This document shows, piece after piece, positions 30,100 through 41,514 of a stretch of 64,000 nt of DNA. Below the pieces are notes generated by a model that was given only the letters and a program-made list of their open reading frames with translations, did no database searches and was not told where the DNA came from. Position numbers and translations under genes: made by a program. Position 1 is the first letter of the stretch. Every line of letters begins with the position of its first letter. This DNA comes from Candidatus Eiseniibacteriota bacterium (lineage in GTDB: Bacteria > Eisenbacteria > RBG-16-71-46 > CAVPCR01). Where the stretch lies: assembly GCA_963702435.1 (NCBI GenBank), contig CAVPCR010000001.1:704001-768000 (forward strand), given 5' to 3'.

Positions 30100-31263
30100 A
30101 TGCCGGTGCCCAACTCACCGTCCCGGCGGCGCAGCGCCCTCCTCCTCGCGCTCGCGGCCGCCTGCGTCGCGGTCCTCGTGGTGGTCTTCGTCGCGGTTCT
30201 CGCCGCGGTCGTCCGCGAGCGGTCCGCCTCGCCTCGGCTCCCCGCACCGCGGAACGGCAACGCGGTCGCGTCCGGCCGCGCCGCCCCTTCGCTCCCGGGC
30301 GGGCGCTTCCATCACGGCATGGTGCTCGAGACCCACGTCGGCGAGCACGATCACCCGGCCGGGCCGCGCACCTTGCGCACGCTCGCCGCGCTCGGCGTCG
30401 ACGCCGTCGAGGTCGTGCCCTTCGCCTACCAGCCGGACATCGAGCAGCCGGAGCTTCGCTTCCGCGACCTGACCGACCGCCAGGTCGTCTTCATCCACGA
30501 GGCGCACGCGCAAGGCATGGCGGTCCTCTTGAAGCCCCACATCTGGAGCCGCCAGTTCTGGGGACCGGAGGCCCGCTGGCACGGGGACCTCCGCATGCAG
30601 TCGGAGGCCGACTGGCAGAGATGGTTCGCTGCCTATCGCCGCTACATCCTCCACTACGCGCGGATCGCCGAGAACACCGGCTGCGAGGGATTCTCGATCG
30701 GGCTCGAGTACGTGCAGGCGACGCGCGAGCGGCCCGCCGACTGGCGCGCGCTGGCGACTGCGGTGCGGGCGGTCTATCACGGGCCGATCACCTACGGCGC
30801 CAATCTTCACGACGAGGCGGAAGAAATCACGTTCTGGGACGAGCTCGACTGGATCGGCGTCAACGTCTACCCGCAGCTCGCCGCGGCGCCCGGGGCCGAC
30901 GTGGATGCGCTCGTCCGCGGCTACGCGCCGACCGTCGACCTCCTGGCGCGGCTCGCGGCCCGCTACCGGCGCCCGGTCCTCATCACCGAGATCGGCTTCC
31001 CGTCGGTGCACGGCGCGGCGATCAAGCCGTGGGAATGGCCGGACGACGGCGATCAGATCGACCTCGCCGAGCAGGAGCGCGCGTACGAGGCGACCTTCCG
31101 CGCGCTCTACGACCAGCCGTGGCTCGCGGGCCTCTACTTCTGGAAGTGGCCCATCGACGGGGAGGGCGGTGGCCCGGACGATCCCGAGTACACGCCGCTC
31201 GGGAAGCCCGCGGCCGAGGTGCTCGCGCGGTACTACAGGCAGAGCAAGAGAAGTCCGGGCTAG
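30100..31263 (+). CDS. Glycoside hydrolase family 113-like TIM barrel
   Basis: VLLKPHIW, WF..Y...ILHYA, IGLEY, ITYGAN, FWDELDWIGVN.Y, VLITEIGF, WLAGLYFWKW, GKPA. Confidence 0.85.
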   Translation: MPVPNSPSRRRSALLLALAAACVAVLVVVFVAVLAAVVRERSASPRLPAPRNGNAVASGRAAPSLPGGRFHHGMVLETHVGEHDHPAGPRTLRTLAALGVDAVEVVPFAYQPDIEQPELRFRDLTDRQVVFIHEAHAQGMAVLLKPHIWSRQFWGPEARWHGDLRMQSEADWQRWFAAYRRYILHYARIAENTGCEGFSIGLEYVQATRERPADWRALATAVRAVYHGPITYGANLHDEAEEITFWDELDWIGVNVYPQLAAAPGADVDALVRGYAPTVDLLARLAARYRRPVLITEIGFPSVHGAAIKPWEWPDDGDQIDLAEQERAYEATFRALYDQPWLAGLYFWKWPIDGEGGGPDDPEYTPLGKPAAEVLARYYRQSKRSPG

Positions 31264-31304
31264 ATGCGGCCGCCGCGGACGCTGCTGGGAGTCGGGGCCT
31301 GACG

Positions 31305-31850
31305 CTACGGCGTGAGCCGCGCGTAGCGAAGCGGCTCCACGGCGCCCTTCGTGTACACGCGGAGAGTCCGGCCCTCGATCTCGATGCGCTCGGCCGCCTG
31401 GAGCGTCGCGAGGTAGCGCTGCTCCTGCTCGCCGACCGCCGGGACGCACGCCTTCCGTGTCGTGGCGAGCGCTCCGACGCTGAACGTGGCGCTGCCGACG
31501 CCGCCGACGCCACCGGCGCCGCTCTCGCCGCCGGAACCGCCCTCACCGCCCGTGACGGCGATGTCGCCGAGCGTGCACGGCCCGTTGAAGCGATTGCACG
31601 ACCCGCTGCCCGCAACGAGGCCGGGCTCAGGAAACGCAAGTGTCGCTTGCACGTTGTCGAGAACACGACCGCCCGGCATGTCATCGAGAAGCCACTCGCT
31701 GCCGATGAGGTCCATGGTCGCTTCGCTCGCGGCTCCGGTCGAGGCGCCCTCGGGGGTCGGCTCGGCGCCCGGGGTCTTCTGCGTCGCATCGCCGCCGCAT
31801 CCGGTGGCGAGCAGGATGAGCATGGCGTGGAGCGCGAACGTTCGGGTCAT
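31305..31850 (-). CDS. META-domain (HslJ-like) lipoprotein
   Basis: LATGC lipobox, LIGSEWLL, GSGSCNRF, LATTRKAC...EQRYL. Confidence 0.88.
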   Translation of the reverse strand: MTRTFALHAMLILLATGCGGDATQKTPGAEPTPEGASTGAASEATMDLIGSEWLLDDMPGGRVLDNVQATLAFPEPGLVAGSGSCNRFNGPCTLGDIAVTGGEGGSGGESGAGGVGGVGSATFSVGALATTRKACVPAVGEQEQRYLATLQAAERIEIEGRTLRVYTKGAVEPLRYARLTP

Positions 31851-31954
31851 GGATGGCTCCTCCCTGGGTCGCCGGTCGCGTGCACTCGGCCCCCAAAACG
31901 GGAAGGTAGTACCCCGGATGCCACGAGGCAAGCGGGACGGATGTGCCGACGCGC

Positions 31955-31984
31955 TTGACCCGGCAGCGCTGCAGAGTCTACGAT
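31955..31984 (+). promoter_or_regulatory. Sigma70 promoter for the fluoride operon
   Basis: TTGACC-18-TACGAT just upstream of the riboswitch. Confidence 0.65.
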
Positions 31985-31997
31985 GCGCCGACAGCAT

Positions 31998-32071
31998 GGC
32001 GATGGAGTTCGCCACAACCGCCCCGCCGCCTGGGGCTGATGACTCCTGCGTGACCGCGCGGGAGTCTTTTT
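31998..32071 (+). ncRNA. Fluoride riboswitch (crcB motif) with overlapping terminator
   Basis: GGCGATGGAGTTCGCC-AC-AACCGC...GCTGATGACTCCT consensus; GACTCC...GGGAGTC-TTTTT terminator; upstream of crcB. Confidence 0.96.
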
Positions 32072-32096
32072 CGTTCTGTGACCTGGAGGGACTCGG

Positions 32097-32462
32097 ATGA
32101 CCATGCCGGAAGAAGCCATCCTGCTCCGGATCTTCATCGGCGAGAGCGATCAACTCGGCGGCAAGCCACTCTACGAGGCGATCGTGCTCAAGGCGCGTGA
32201 GACGCACCTGGCCGGAGCCACCGTGCTCCGCGGTCTCATGGGCTTCGGCCGGAGCTCGCGCCTCCACACGGTGAAGGTGCTCCGTCTCTCCGCCGATCTC
32301 CCCATCGTGGTCGAGATCACCGACGTCGAGGCCAAGATCCAGGCCTTCCTCCCCTGGCTCGAGTCGGTGGTCGGCGGCGGGCTCATCACGCTCGAACGCG
32401 CCCGCGTCATCCGCTATGCGGGCGTCGGCCCTGGCGGCGAGCGCGCTGCGGAGGAGAAGTGA
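32097..32462 (+). CDS. DUF190 (PII-like) protein
   Basis: LLRIFIGESD, PLYEAIV, AGATVLRG..GFG, LSADLPIVVEI. Confidence 0.93.
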   Translation: MTMPEEAILLRIFIGESDQLGGKPLYEAIVLKARETHLAGATVLRGLMGFGRSSRLHTVKVLRLSADLPIVVEITDVEAKIQAFLPWLESVVGGGLITLERARVIRYAGVGPGGERAAEEK

Positions 32463-32845
32463 TGAGCGGTGGCGGCAACACCTGGTTGCTCGTGGCCGTC
32501 GCCGGCGCCGCCGGCACCCTCTTCCGCTACGGCCTCGGCGGCTGGCTCGCGCGCGCGACGGGCGGCACGTTCCCGTGGGAAACGCTCGCCATCAACACGT
32601 TCGGCTCGCTCGCGATCGGCGTGCTCGCCGGCCTCGTGGATCGCGGCGCTCTCCTGCCGCCGCTGCTGCGCATGGCACTCATGGTCGGATTCCTCGGCGG
32701 GTTCACGACCTTCTCGACGTTCGCGCTCGAGACGATGCGGCTCGCCGAGGGGGCGCAGTGGAGCGCGGCGGCTGCGTACATCGCGCTCACGAACGTGGCC
32801 GGCCTGGCGGCAGCTTGGGTGGGGATGCGGGTGGCGGGAGTCTGA
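32459..32845 (+). CDS. crcB: Fluoride channel CrcB/FluC
   Basis: GTLFRY, FPWETLAIN, GFLGGFTTFSTF. Confidence 0.96.
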   Translation: MMSGGGNTWLLVAVAGAAGTLFRYGLGGWLARATGGTFPWETLAINTFGSLAIGVLAGLVDRGALLPPLLRMALMVGFLGGFTTFSTFALETMRLAEGAQWSAAAAYIALTNVAGLAAAWVGMRVAGV

Positions 32846-32864
32846 CGGAGCGGGTTGCGCGCCG

Positions 32865-32950
32865 GTCGCGTCAGTCGCCCGAGTTGCCTCAGTCGCATCA
32901 GTCGCATCAGTCGCCTCGGCCGCCCGAGTTGCCTCAATCGCCTCGGCCGC
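32865..32950. repeat. Degenerate 9-bp tandem repeat
   Basis: (TCAGTCGCA)-like units. Confidence 0.7.
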
Positions 32951-33431
32951 CGCCGCGACCGAGCAAGCGCGCGCCCGCAGCTGGCAACGCGATCGCCCAC
33001 AGCAAGCACGCGAGCGGATAGAAGACGGCGAGCCCCACGTTTCCACTCGAGCACTTGGCCGAGCGGGAACGAGATGCCGGCAATGACGAGCGCGCCGGCG
33101 ACCCACGCGGGAAGCGTGCGCGAGCGGAGGAACCCGATCCCGAGGAGGATCGACGTGAGCGGGAAGAGCGGCCCGAGGAGAGCGACCGCGAGATACTCTC
33201 CGCTCGGCCCGTGATTGAAGGACGACTACACCTCGTCGCCCGCCCCGCGCGCACGGAGATCCTGCTCAAGCACGCGCGTGTACATCATGGCGAAACCGGC
33301 CACCGCGCCGAAGAGGCCCGTGATCGTCGTGATCGCGCCGAGCGTGCGAGGAGGAGCAGCGCCGGCCCCAGGACGAAGGCGATCCTGAGCAGCGTACGGC
33401 GCATGCCGTGAGCATCGATCGAGTTCATCAT
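32934..33431 (-). pseudogene. Decayed membrane-protein gene
   Basis: Hydrophobic segments continue across three frames (RIAFVLGPALLL / TLGAITTITGLFGAVAGFAMMY...DEV* SSFNHG...LFPLTSILLGIGFLR / NVGLAVFYPLACLLW) with an in-frame TAG. Confidence 0.6.
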
Positions 33432-33742
33432 GATACGCCTCCCGTCCAGGCCGGCCCCGGCCATCGCCACTGCCGGCGGGGCACGTGGATCCGGGCTCTG
33501 GTCATCACTCGGTCATCGCGCTGGTCATGGCGTTGATCATGGCGTGAGAAGTTCCGCCGCCTGGACGTCGCCATCATCGATCGTGACCCCCTGCGCTCGG
33601 CCACGGCGCGAAGCGTCATCGGCGCCCCGTGCTCCAGGAGCGCGATGATCGGGCACGCGAAGGTGTGCGCCTCGGGGTGATCCTTCACCGACGCGAGCGA
33701 GGGCGGCTGGATGCCGAGGAGGTCCGAGTAGGGTGTTGGCAT
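33428..33742 (-). pseudogene. Probable truncated 5' gene remnant
   Basis: MPTPYSDLLGIQPPSLASVKDHPEAHTF...ALLEHGAPMTL reads like a protein N-terminus, then decays into repeat-like sequence. Confidence 0.35.
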
Positions 33743-33793
33743 GAGATGGCGGTTGGTAGACGGAGCGCGGTAGCGCGTCCATCCGATGGAAGG

Positions 33794-34660
33794 CTACTCG
33801 TACAGAGCTTCCGTGATCCGCCCGCGCCAGTAGACCTGCGGCCCGTCCGGCAACACCCATTCGACTTCGCCGGCGAGCGGGATGCGCATGCCGCCGCGCT
33901 CTTCGTAGTCGGAGAAGCGCCCCTGCCACGGCGTGGGCACGCCCAGGCCACTCACGTCGCGGGAGCGCTCGGGCGTGTACACGCTCTCGACCAGGCCGTC
34001 TGTCGCGCGGAAGCGGAAGTCGAGCCACACGGTCGTGCCGCCGGCGGTGAGCGTGGCGCGGGCGCTCGACTCGTCGAGCGGCGTCCACGACAGGTGGGGC
34101 GACGGCAGGAGCGCGGTCGGACACCAGACCGCTTCGGCCAGATAGCGATGCAAGGCGCCGGCTGCGATCTCGGGTGTGCCCTCGACGGAGGCCAGCTGGA
34201 GAACGCCGCCCAGGCTGGCCCTCATCGTGCCCGTTCCGTTCACGAAGCCGTCTCGCACGTTGGCGGCAAGCCCCGGCGCCATGTGTATGCGCGCGTCCCA
34301 CACGAAGCCCGGCGGCTCGGCGACGACGTGCTGCGTGGCCGTGAAGGGACCCCACCTCCTTCGTTCGGCATCAATGAGGAACTCGCCTTCTTGCGTGAGG
34401 CGCCACCGGCGTGGGCTCGGCTGTCCCTCGCGGAGGACCGCGCGGAAGTAACGCGCGACCGGAGCGGGCAACGTATCGATGTGCGCGGCGGAGGTGGAGA
34501 AGGCGGCGGGCGGCGCGGCGAGATCGGCGCTGCGTGCGTTCAGATGAGCGACGAGATGCGCCGTCTTCGCACGCCAGCGGAAGCCGGCGATGGCGAGCGC
34601 GGCCACGAACGCGATGATGATGAACAACGCCATGAAGAGGATCGGGCGCATCGGGCCCAT
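33794..34660 (-). CDS. DUF6544/DUF6920-like membrane-anchored protein
   Basis: LPAPVARYF, W.PFTATQ, PPGFVWDA, LHRYLAEAVWCPTALL, GMRIP..GEVEW. Confidence 0.85.
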   Translation of the reverse strand: MGPMRPILFMALFIIIAFVAALAIAGFRWRAKTAHLVAHLNARSADLAAPPAAFSTSAAHIDTLPAPVARYFRAVLREGQPSPRRWRLTQEGEFLIDAERRRWGPFTATQHVVAEPPGFVWDARIHMAPGLAANVRDGFVNGTGTMRASLGGVLQLASVEGTPEIAAGALHRYLAEAVWCPTALLPSPHLSWTPLDESSARATLTAGGTTVWLDFRFRATDGLVESVYTPERSRDVSGLGVPTPWQGRFSDYEERGGMRIPLAGEVEWVLPDGPQVYWRGRITEALYE

Positions 34661-34744
34661 TCTGCCACATCTCTCGAGAGGGGAGGAAGCGGCCATGTGG
34701 AGCCGGTGCATAAGGTGCGGTGGCGTAGGTTGCGGTGGCGTAAG

Positions 34745-35836
34745 ATGTCGGCCATGGACAATCCATGGGTTCGTCGCTCTCTCCTGATCGTAGCCGTGGC
34801 CGGGTGTGTGGCACTGTGGTGGTTCTGGCGGAGCGGGGCCGGACGCGATGCGGTTCCGGTCCCCGAGTCCGTCCCGAACGCGCGCGCCGGCGTCTCCACG
34901 CCCGACCCGCTCGGCGAGCCCGATGCCGAGCTGGCGGCGGGGTTGGGAGCGATCGCGCGTGAGATTGGGATCGCGGATCTGGCCGCGCACGGGCGCGCGA
35001 GCGTGATGCTCGTGGACCTGACGGGGTTGCCGGGCGCGGCGCCGCGGGGTGCGGGGTTGCCGAGTGCAGGGTCGCAAGGCGCGGCGCCGCGGTATGCGGC
35101 GATCGCCGCCGATTCGACTCTGGCCGCTGCGAGCATCACCAAGCTCGCGATCCTCACCGCGGCTTACGCCGCCGCCGAAGCCGGTGAGATCGCGATCACA
35201 CCGGATCTGCGGGCGGTCCTCGAACGCATGATCCAATACTCCGCCAATCCGGAGGCGACGCGCGCCATCGAGATTCTCGGTTTCGAGCGCATTGCCGCCA
35301 CGATGAGGGATCCGCGAATCGCGCTCTACGACGCGGCGCGCGGCGGTCTGTGGGTCGGAAGGGACTTCAGCGGCGGCGCGGTGTGGCGAGTGGAGCCGCG
35401 CTCGGGCGAGTCGCTCGCGGCAAGCGCCGCTGCGGTTGCGCGTTTCTACGTGCTGCTCGCGCGCGGGGAACTCGTGAGCCCCGAAGCGAGCGCCGCGATG
35501 CGCGACATCCTTGCGGTGACGATGTGGAAGCACAAGTTCATCGCGGGGCTGGGCGAGGTTGCGGGGGCGGCGCGCGCCCCGCAGGCCACGCCGGTGCGCG
35601 CAGAGGACCAACCAGTCGTCCTTCCTGGCTACAAGGTCTGGAGGAAATCCGGGAGCTACGGGCCCGCGCAGGGTGACTCGGCGCTCATCGAGGCGGATGG
35701 GCGCCGCTATGTGCTCGTCTGCTTGCTCGAGGATCCGGAGGGCGGCGAGGCAAAGCTCCAGCGGCTGGCGGCCGGGGTGGATCGGATGATGGCCGAGCGT
35801 GGCCGGCAGCGGGGGTCGGGCGGCGGGGCCCCCTGA
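34745..35836 (+). CDS. Serine hydrolase, class A beta-lactamase-like
   Basis: AASITK (SxxK), MIQYSAN (SxN), KSG motifs; N-terminal TM helix. Confidence 0.85.
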   Translation: MSAMDNPWVRRSLLIVAVAGCVALWWFWRSGAGRDAVPVPESVPNARAGVSTPDPLGEPDAELAAGLGAIAREIGIADLAAHGRASVMLVDLTGLPGAAPRGAGLPSAGSQGAAPRYAAIAADSTLAAASITKLAILTAAYAAAEAGEIAITPDLRAVLERMIQYSANPEATRAIEILGFERIAATMRDPRIALYDAARGGLWVGRDFSGGAVWRVEPRSGESLAASAAAVARFYVLLARGELVSPEASAAMRDILAVTMWKHKFIAGLGEVAGAARAPQATPVRAEDQPVVLPGYKVWRKSGSYGPAQGDSALIEADGRRYVLVCLLEDPEGGEAKLQRLAAGVDRMMAERGRQRGSGGGAP

Positions 35837-35865
35837 AAAAAGTTGGCCTGGGCTATACTTTTGTA

Positions 35866-35894
35866 TTGACAGATGCGGGCCGCCCCGCTAGGTT
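35866..35894 (+). promoter_or_regulatory. Sigma70 promoter upstream of the HNH gene
   Basis: TTGACA-17-TAGGTT with an AT-rich upstream segment. Confidence 0.7.
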
Positions 35895-36048
35895 CAAGCC
35901 ATAGAGGAGCTTCGGGCCGCGCTCTCGCCTCGCCCACCTTCCCGCGGCGGCCCCCTCCTCCTCTGGACCGATAGGCCGAAGCTCAAGTGAACCCGGGCGG
36001 CGCGCCCCTTCCGACCCCGCGCCCGCCGCCCCGATCGACCCCGACATC

Positions 36049-38382
36049 GTGCTTTTGCGCGCCCTGGCCCCGTCTCGGGTCCGGGCGACGCGTGGGTGCC
36101 GCGAGCGCTGCCGCTTCGTGCGGGAGCGGGCGTTCGCGGCCGGGAAGGGCGGTGCCGTGTCCGTGCGACCGGTCGAACGGCGATGGGAGCCGGGGGAGTT
36201 CGCGGGCGACCCGCAGGGGGAGGTGCTCTCGCCCGCGCCGGCGCTGTGGGCAGCGCGCGCGCTCGATCGCGAGCTGTGGGCGCTCGTGCATGCCGAGGCG
36301 CGTGCGGAGCGGGAGCTCGCGCGCGGTCTCGCCGCTTTGTGGGACGGGGAGCGCTATCGGCCGCTCGGCTACGTGCGGGCGATCGACTTCGTGCGCGAGC
36401 ATGTGGGGATCGAGGAAGGGACGGCGCGGCGACTGGCGCGGCTCGGGCGGGTGCTGGAGGCGACCCCGGTGCTCGATCAAGCGTTCGTCGGGGGGCGGTT
36501 GAGCGCATCGCATGTGCTCGAGCTGGCGGCGGTGGTGACGGCGGAGACTTCAGCTGAGGAGAGCGCGCGCTGGATCGCGGCGGCGACGGGGCTCACCTTC
36601 CGCGCGCTTGAGCGGCGCGTGCGCACGGCGAGGGCGGAGCGCGGGGAGAAGGAAGAAGTCACGGAAGAGGCGGCGGCCGAGGGCATGGACCCGGCGCCCG
36701 ATGGCGGCTGGATGATGATCCCCGCGCCCGCGCGCATCGGCGTCCTCTGGCAGGAGACGGTCGCCGTGGCCCGCGCCACCGCGGGCGAGCACTTGCGGCA
36801 GGGCCAGGCCGCCGAGCTCATCTTCGCCGAGTACCTCGCCGCCACCGGCGGTGACCGACCGGATCCGGAGCCCGACCTGCTCGGGGCCGCGATCGCCGAC
36901 GCCGCGCGCCAGCGCCTCATCGCCGACCTGATGGCCGCGATGAACGCGCAGGCGCACAAGAAGCCGCGGCGCGAGCGGCCCACGGTGCCGGAAGAGGAGG
37001 AGCCGCGGGCCGCCCGCTTCCCGCGCGTCCAGTGGACCGTGCCCGCCGACGTGCTGCCGCCCGACTGCGTGATCGATCCCGCCGCCGATCCCTGGGTGCT
37101 CGGCGACACCCTCATCCGCATCGCTCGCTACCAGAGCCGCCTGCGGACCGAGATCGCCCGCCGCCTCGCCCGGCTCCACGGCGCGCTCCTGTGGGCCCAG
37201 CTCGGCTTCGCCGACTTCACGACCTACTGCGAGGAGCGGTTGGGCTTCGGCCTCCGCCAGGCCGAGCGGCTCGTCCGCTTCCACCATGGCCTCGAGCGCT
37301 TCCCCGAGGTGCGCGCCGCGCATCGCGCCGGCGAGCTCTCGTACACCGCGGCTTTGCTCTTGTTACCTCTGTTGCACGAGACCACCGAGGAGCTGTGGGT
37401 GAACTGGGCGGCCCGGCTCACCTATCGCGAGATCGAGCGGGTGACCGAGTTCGCGCGGCTGTTCGCGTTGCCCGGTGCCGACGAGAGCGTGCTCGCCTCG
37501 TGGGCCGACGGTCTCATCGCCATGGGCTTTGCGCAAAGGAGGGAGGACCCCGGGGCGAACAGCACCAAGATTTCACATGACCCGACAGCGTTTGACGCGA
37601 CCGCGGCGGCCGAGGCGGGCGGGGCGACCGCGGCGACCGCGGCGGCCGGCCCGGACGACTCCACCACTTCACATGACCCGACAGCGTTTGACGCGACCGC
37701 GGCGGCCGGCGACACCACCGTCCCCCCCGACGTCCCCCTCGGCTACCCGCTCCCGCCCACCACCCCGCGCGGCCTTCCCGCGATCGCCGGCTTCCCTGCC
37801 GACCTCGCCCTCCTCCCCCAGGAGCGCTGCCTCGCCACCATCCGCTTCTTCCTCCCGCCCGACGTCCTCGACCTCGCCCTCTCCGCGCTCCTGCGCTGCC
37901 GGCTGAGCCAGGCTGACCCGCTCCGCCCCACCTGGGTCTACCTCGAGCTCCTCCTCTGCCACTTCCTCGACACCCACAGCAGCGCCGAGACCCGCGCTCA
38001 TCACCAGCGCGCCCATCCCGTCCTCTGCCGCGACGGCTTCCTCTGCACCAGCCCCGGCTGCACCGGCCACGGCCACCTCGAGGATCACCACCTCCACTTC
38101 AGGAGCCGCGGCGGCTCCGACCACCCCGCCAACCGCACCACCGTCTGCGCCGGCCACCATCGCCCCGCCATCCACCAGGGCACCGTCGAGCTCGGTGGGC
38201 TCGCCCCCGATCACTTGATCGCGCGTCTCGGCATCCATCCCGCTACCGGCCGCGCCTTCGCCGCCTACATCGGCGAGCGCCGCGTCTCCGACCACACCGC
38301 CCGCACCGCCCTCGCCGACTGGCGCCGCTCCCTCCGCCGGGGAAGCGATGGAAGTCCACCGCGGGGAGGGAACGTTGCTTGA
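36049..38382 (+). CDS. DUF222-like/HNH endonuclease (probable selfish element); start uncertain
   Basis: Two LG[YF]..F..[FY]..E..G....A.RL.R...LE..P...A...G.LS modules; C-terminal RDGFLCTSPGC...LEDHHLHFRSRGGSDHPANRTTVCAGHH. Confidence 0.85.
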   Translation: MLLRALAPSRVRATRGCRERCRFVRERAFAAGKGGAVSVRPVERRWEPGEFAGDPQGEVLSPAPALWAARALDRELWALVHAEARAERELARGLAALWDGERYRPLGYVRAIDFVREHVGIEEGTARRLARLGRVLEATPVLDQAFVGGRLSASHVLELAAVVTAETSAEESARWIAAATGLTFRALERRVRTARAERGEKEEVTEEAAAEGMDPAPDGGWMMIPAPARIGVLWQETVAVARATAGEHLRQGQAAELIFAEYLAATGGDRPDPEPDLLGAAIADAARQRLIADLMAAMNAQAHKKPRRERPTVPEEEEPRAARFPRVQWTVPADVLPPDCVIDPAADPWVLGDTLIRIARYQSRLRTEIARRLARLHGALLWAQLGFADFTTYCEERLGFGLRQAERLVRFHHGLERFPEVRAAHRAGELSYTAALLLLPLLHETTEELWVNWAARLTYREIERVTEFARLFALPGADESVLASWADGLIAMGFAQRREDPGANSTKISHDPTAFDATAAAEAGGATAATAAAGPDDSTTSHDPTAFDATAAAGDTTVPPDVPLGYPLPPTTPRGLPAIAGFPADLALLPQERCLATIRFFLPPDVLDLALSALLRCRLSQADPLRPTWVYLELLLCHFLDTHSSAETRAHHQRAHPVLCRDGFLCTSPGCTGHGHLEDHHLHFRSRGGSDHPANRTTVCAGHHRPAIHQGTVELGGLAPDHLIARLGIHPATGRAFAAYIGERRVSDHTARTALADWRRSLRRGSDGSPPRGGNVA
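37572..37708 (+). repeat. Perfect 41-bp direct repeat inside the HNH gene
   Basis: TTCACATGACCCGACAGCGTTTGACGCGACCGCGGCGGCCG at 37572-37612 and 37668-37708. Confidence 0.95.
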
Positions 38383-38416
38383 TCGGCCCGCCGCCATGGA
38401 GCCAGGGCACATCTCC

Positions 38417-38461
38417 TGACCATTTCAGCAGTTGACCATTTGTAAACATCCGTGCTAGTCT
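38417..38461 (+). promoter_or_regulatory. Promoter with overlapping direct repeat
   Basis: TGACCATTT twice (38417, 38433); TTGACC-18-TAGTCT with an extended TGn -10. Confidence 0.55.
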
Positions 38462-38559
38462 CCCGTGCGCAATCCACCTCTCCCCGCAACTGCCTGGCCC
38501 GGTCCCCCGCACCTGGCCGGTTGTTTCCGAGGTGTGACCCACGCTCGAGGTATGAGCCA

Positions 38560-38888
38560 ATGACCCGTTCCTGGCGCCTGCCAACCGCTCTGCTCCTCTC
38601 CGTCGGCCTCTTGCTGGCCTTCAGTTCGACCGCGCTGTCCTACGAAAATGTGTTCGAGCAGCAGATCATCCCCGACGGCGCCGATGACCCTGACTACTCG
38701 CAAGCGGCCGGAGGATCCAGTCCCGTCCGAAGCAAGCCCGAGTCGCCGTCGAGTGGGATCCAGGACCCCGCTTCACTCACCGCATCTCACGTCGGCACCC
38801 AGCCAGACTCCCTCGAAGATGTTCCTGGGACCTGGAGGGGCTGGCTGATCGCTCTTCGAACGGGTCTTCGTCTGGGGGCTAGCTTGCT

Positions 38889-38892
<4 letters not shown>
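38560..38892 (+). CDS. Small secreted protein (110 aa), candidate signalling propeptide
   Basis: GAGGT RBS, Sec signal ending ALS, acidic DGADDPDY motif, Ser/Pro linker, C-terminal WRGWLIALR helix. Confidence 0.7.
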
Positions 38893-41342
<2,450 letters not shown>

Positions 41343-41432
41343 CGCGCGCCACACGAATCCGCTGCGCCAGGCCGATCCCGCTCGCGATCGACCGCATACC
41401 TCGCCGGATCCCGCCGCCACCCGGCCGCCCGG

Positions 41433-41461
41433 TTGACAGCCGCGCACCGGCTCCGTAGTTT
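41433..41461 (+). promoter_or_regulatory. Sigma70 promoter
   Basis: TTGACA-17-TAGTTT. Confidence 0.6.
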
Positions 41462-41514
41462 TCCTGCGTCCCGCCCCCTCCCCCACGTCGCAACCCCACC
41501 CGGAGAACCCGGCC

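Noticed and set aside
33226..33230. In-frame TAG as pyrrolysine
   Set aside because: The same gene has frameshifts and there is no methylamine methyltransferase or pyl context; decay is the simpler explanation
37572..37708. 41-bp repeat pair as a mini CRISPR array
   Set aside because: Only two units, in frame inside a CDS, with no cas genes and no leader
36049..38382. HNH protein as IscB/Cas9-like
   Set aside because: No PLMP or split RuvC motifs seen; the HNH is C-terminal after DUF222-like helical modules
41343..41514. preQ1 riboswitch upstream of yhhQ
   Set aside because: The leader after the promoter is short and C-rich and lacks the preQ1 stem-loop and A-rich tail
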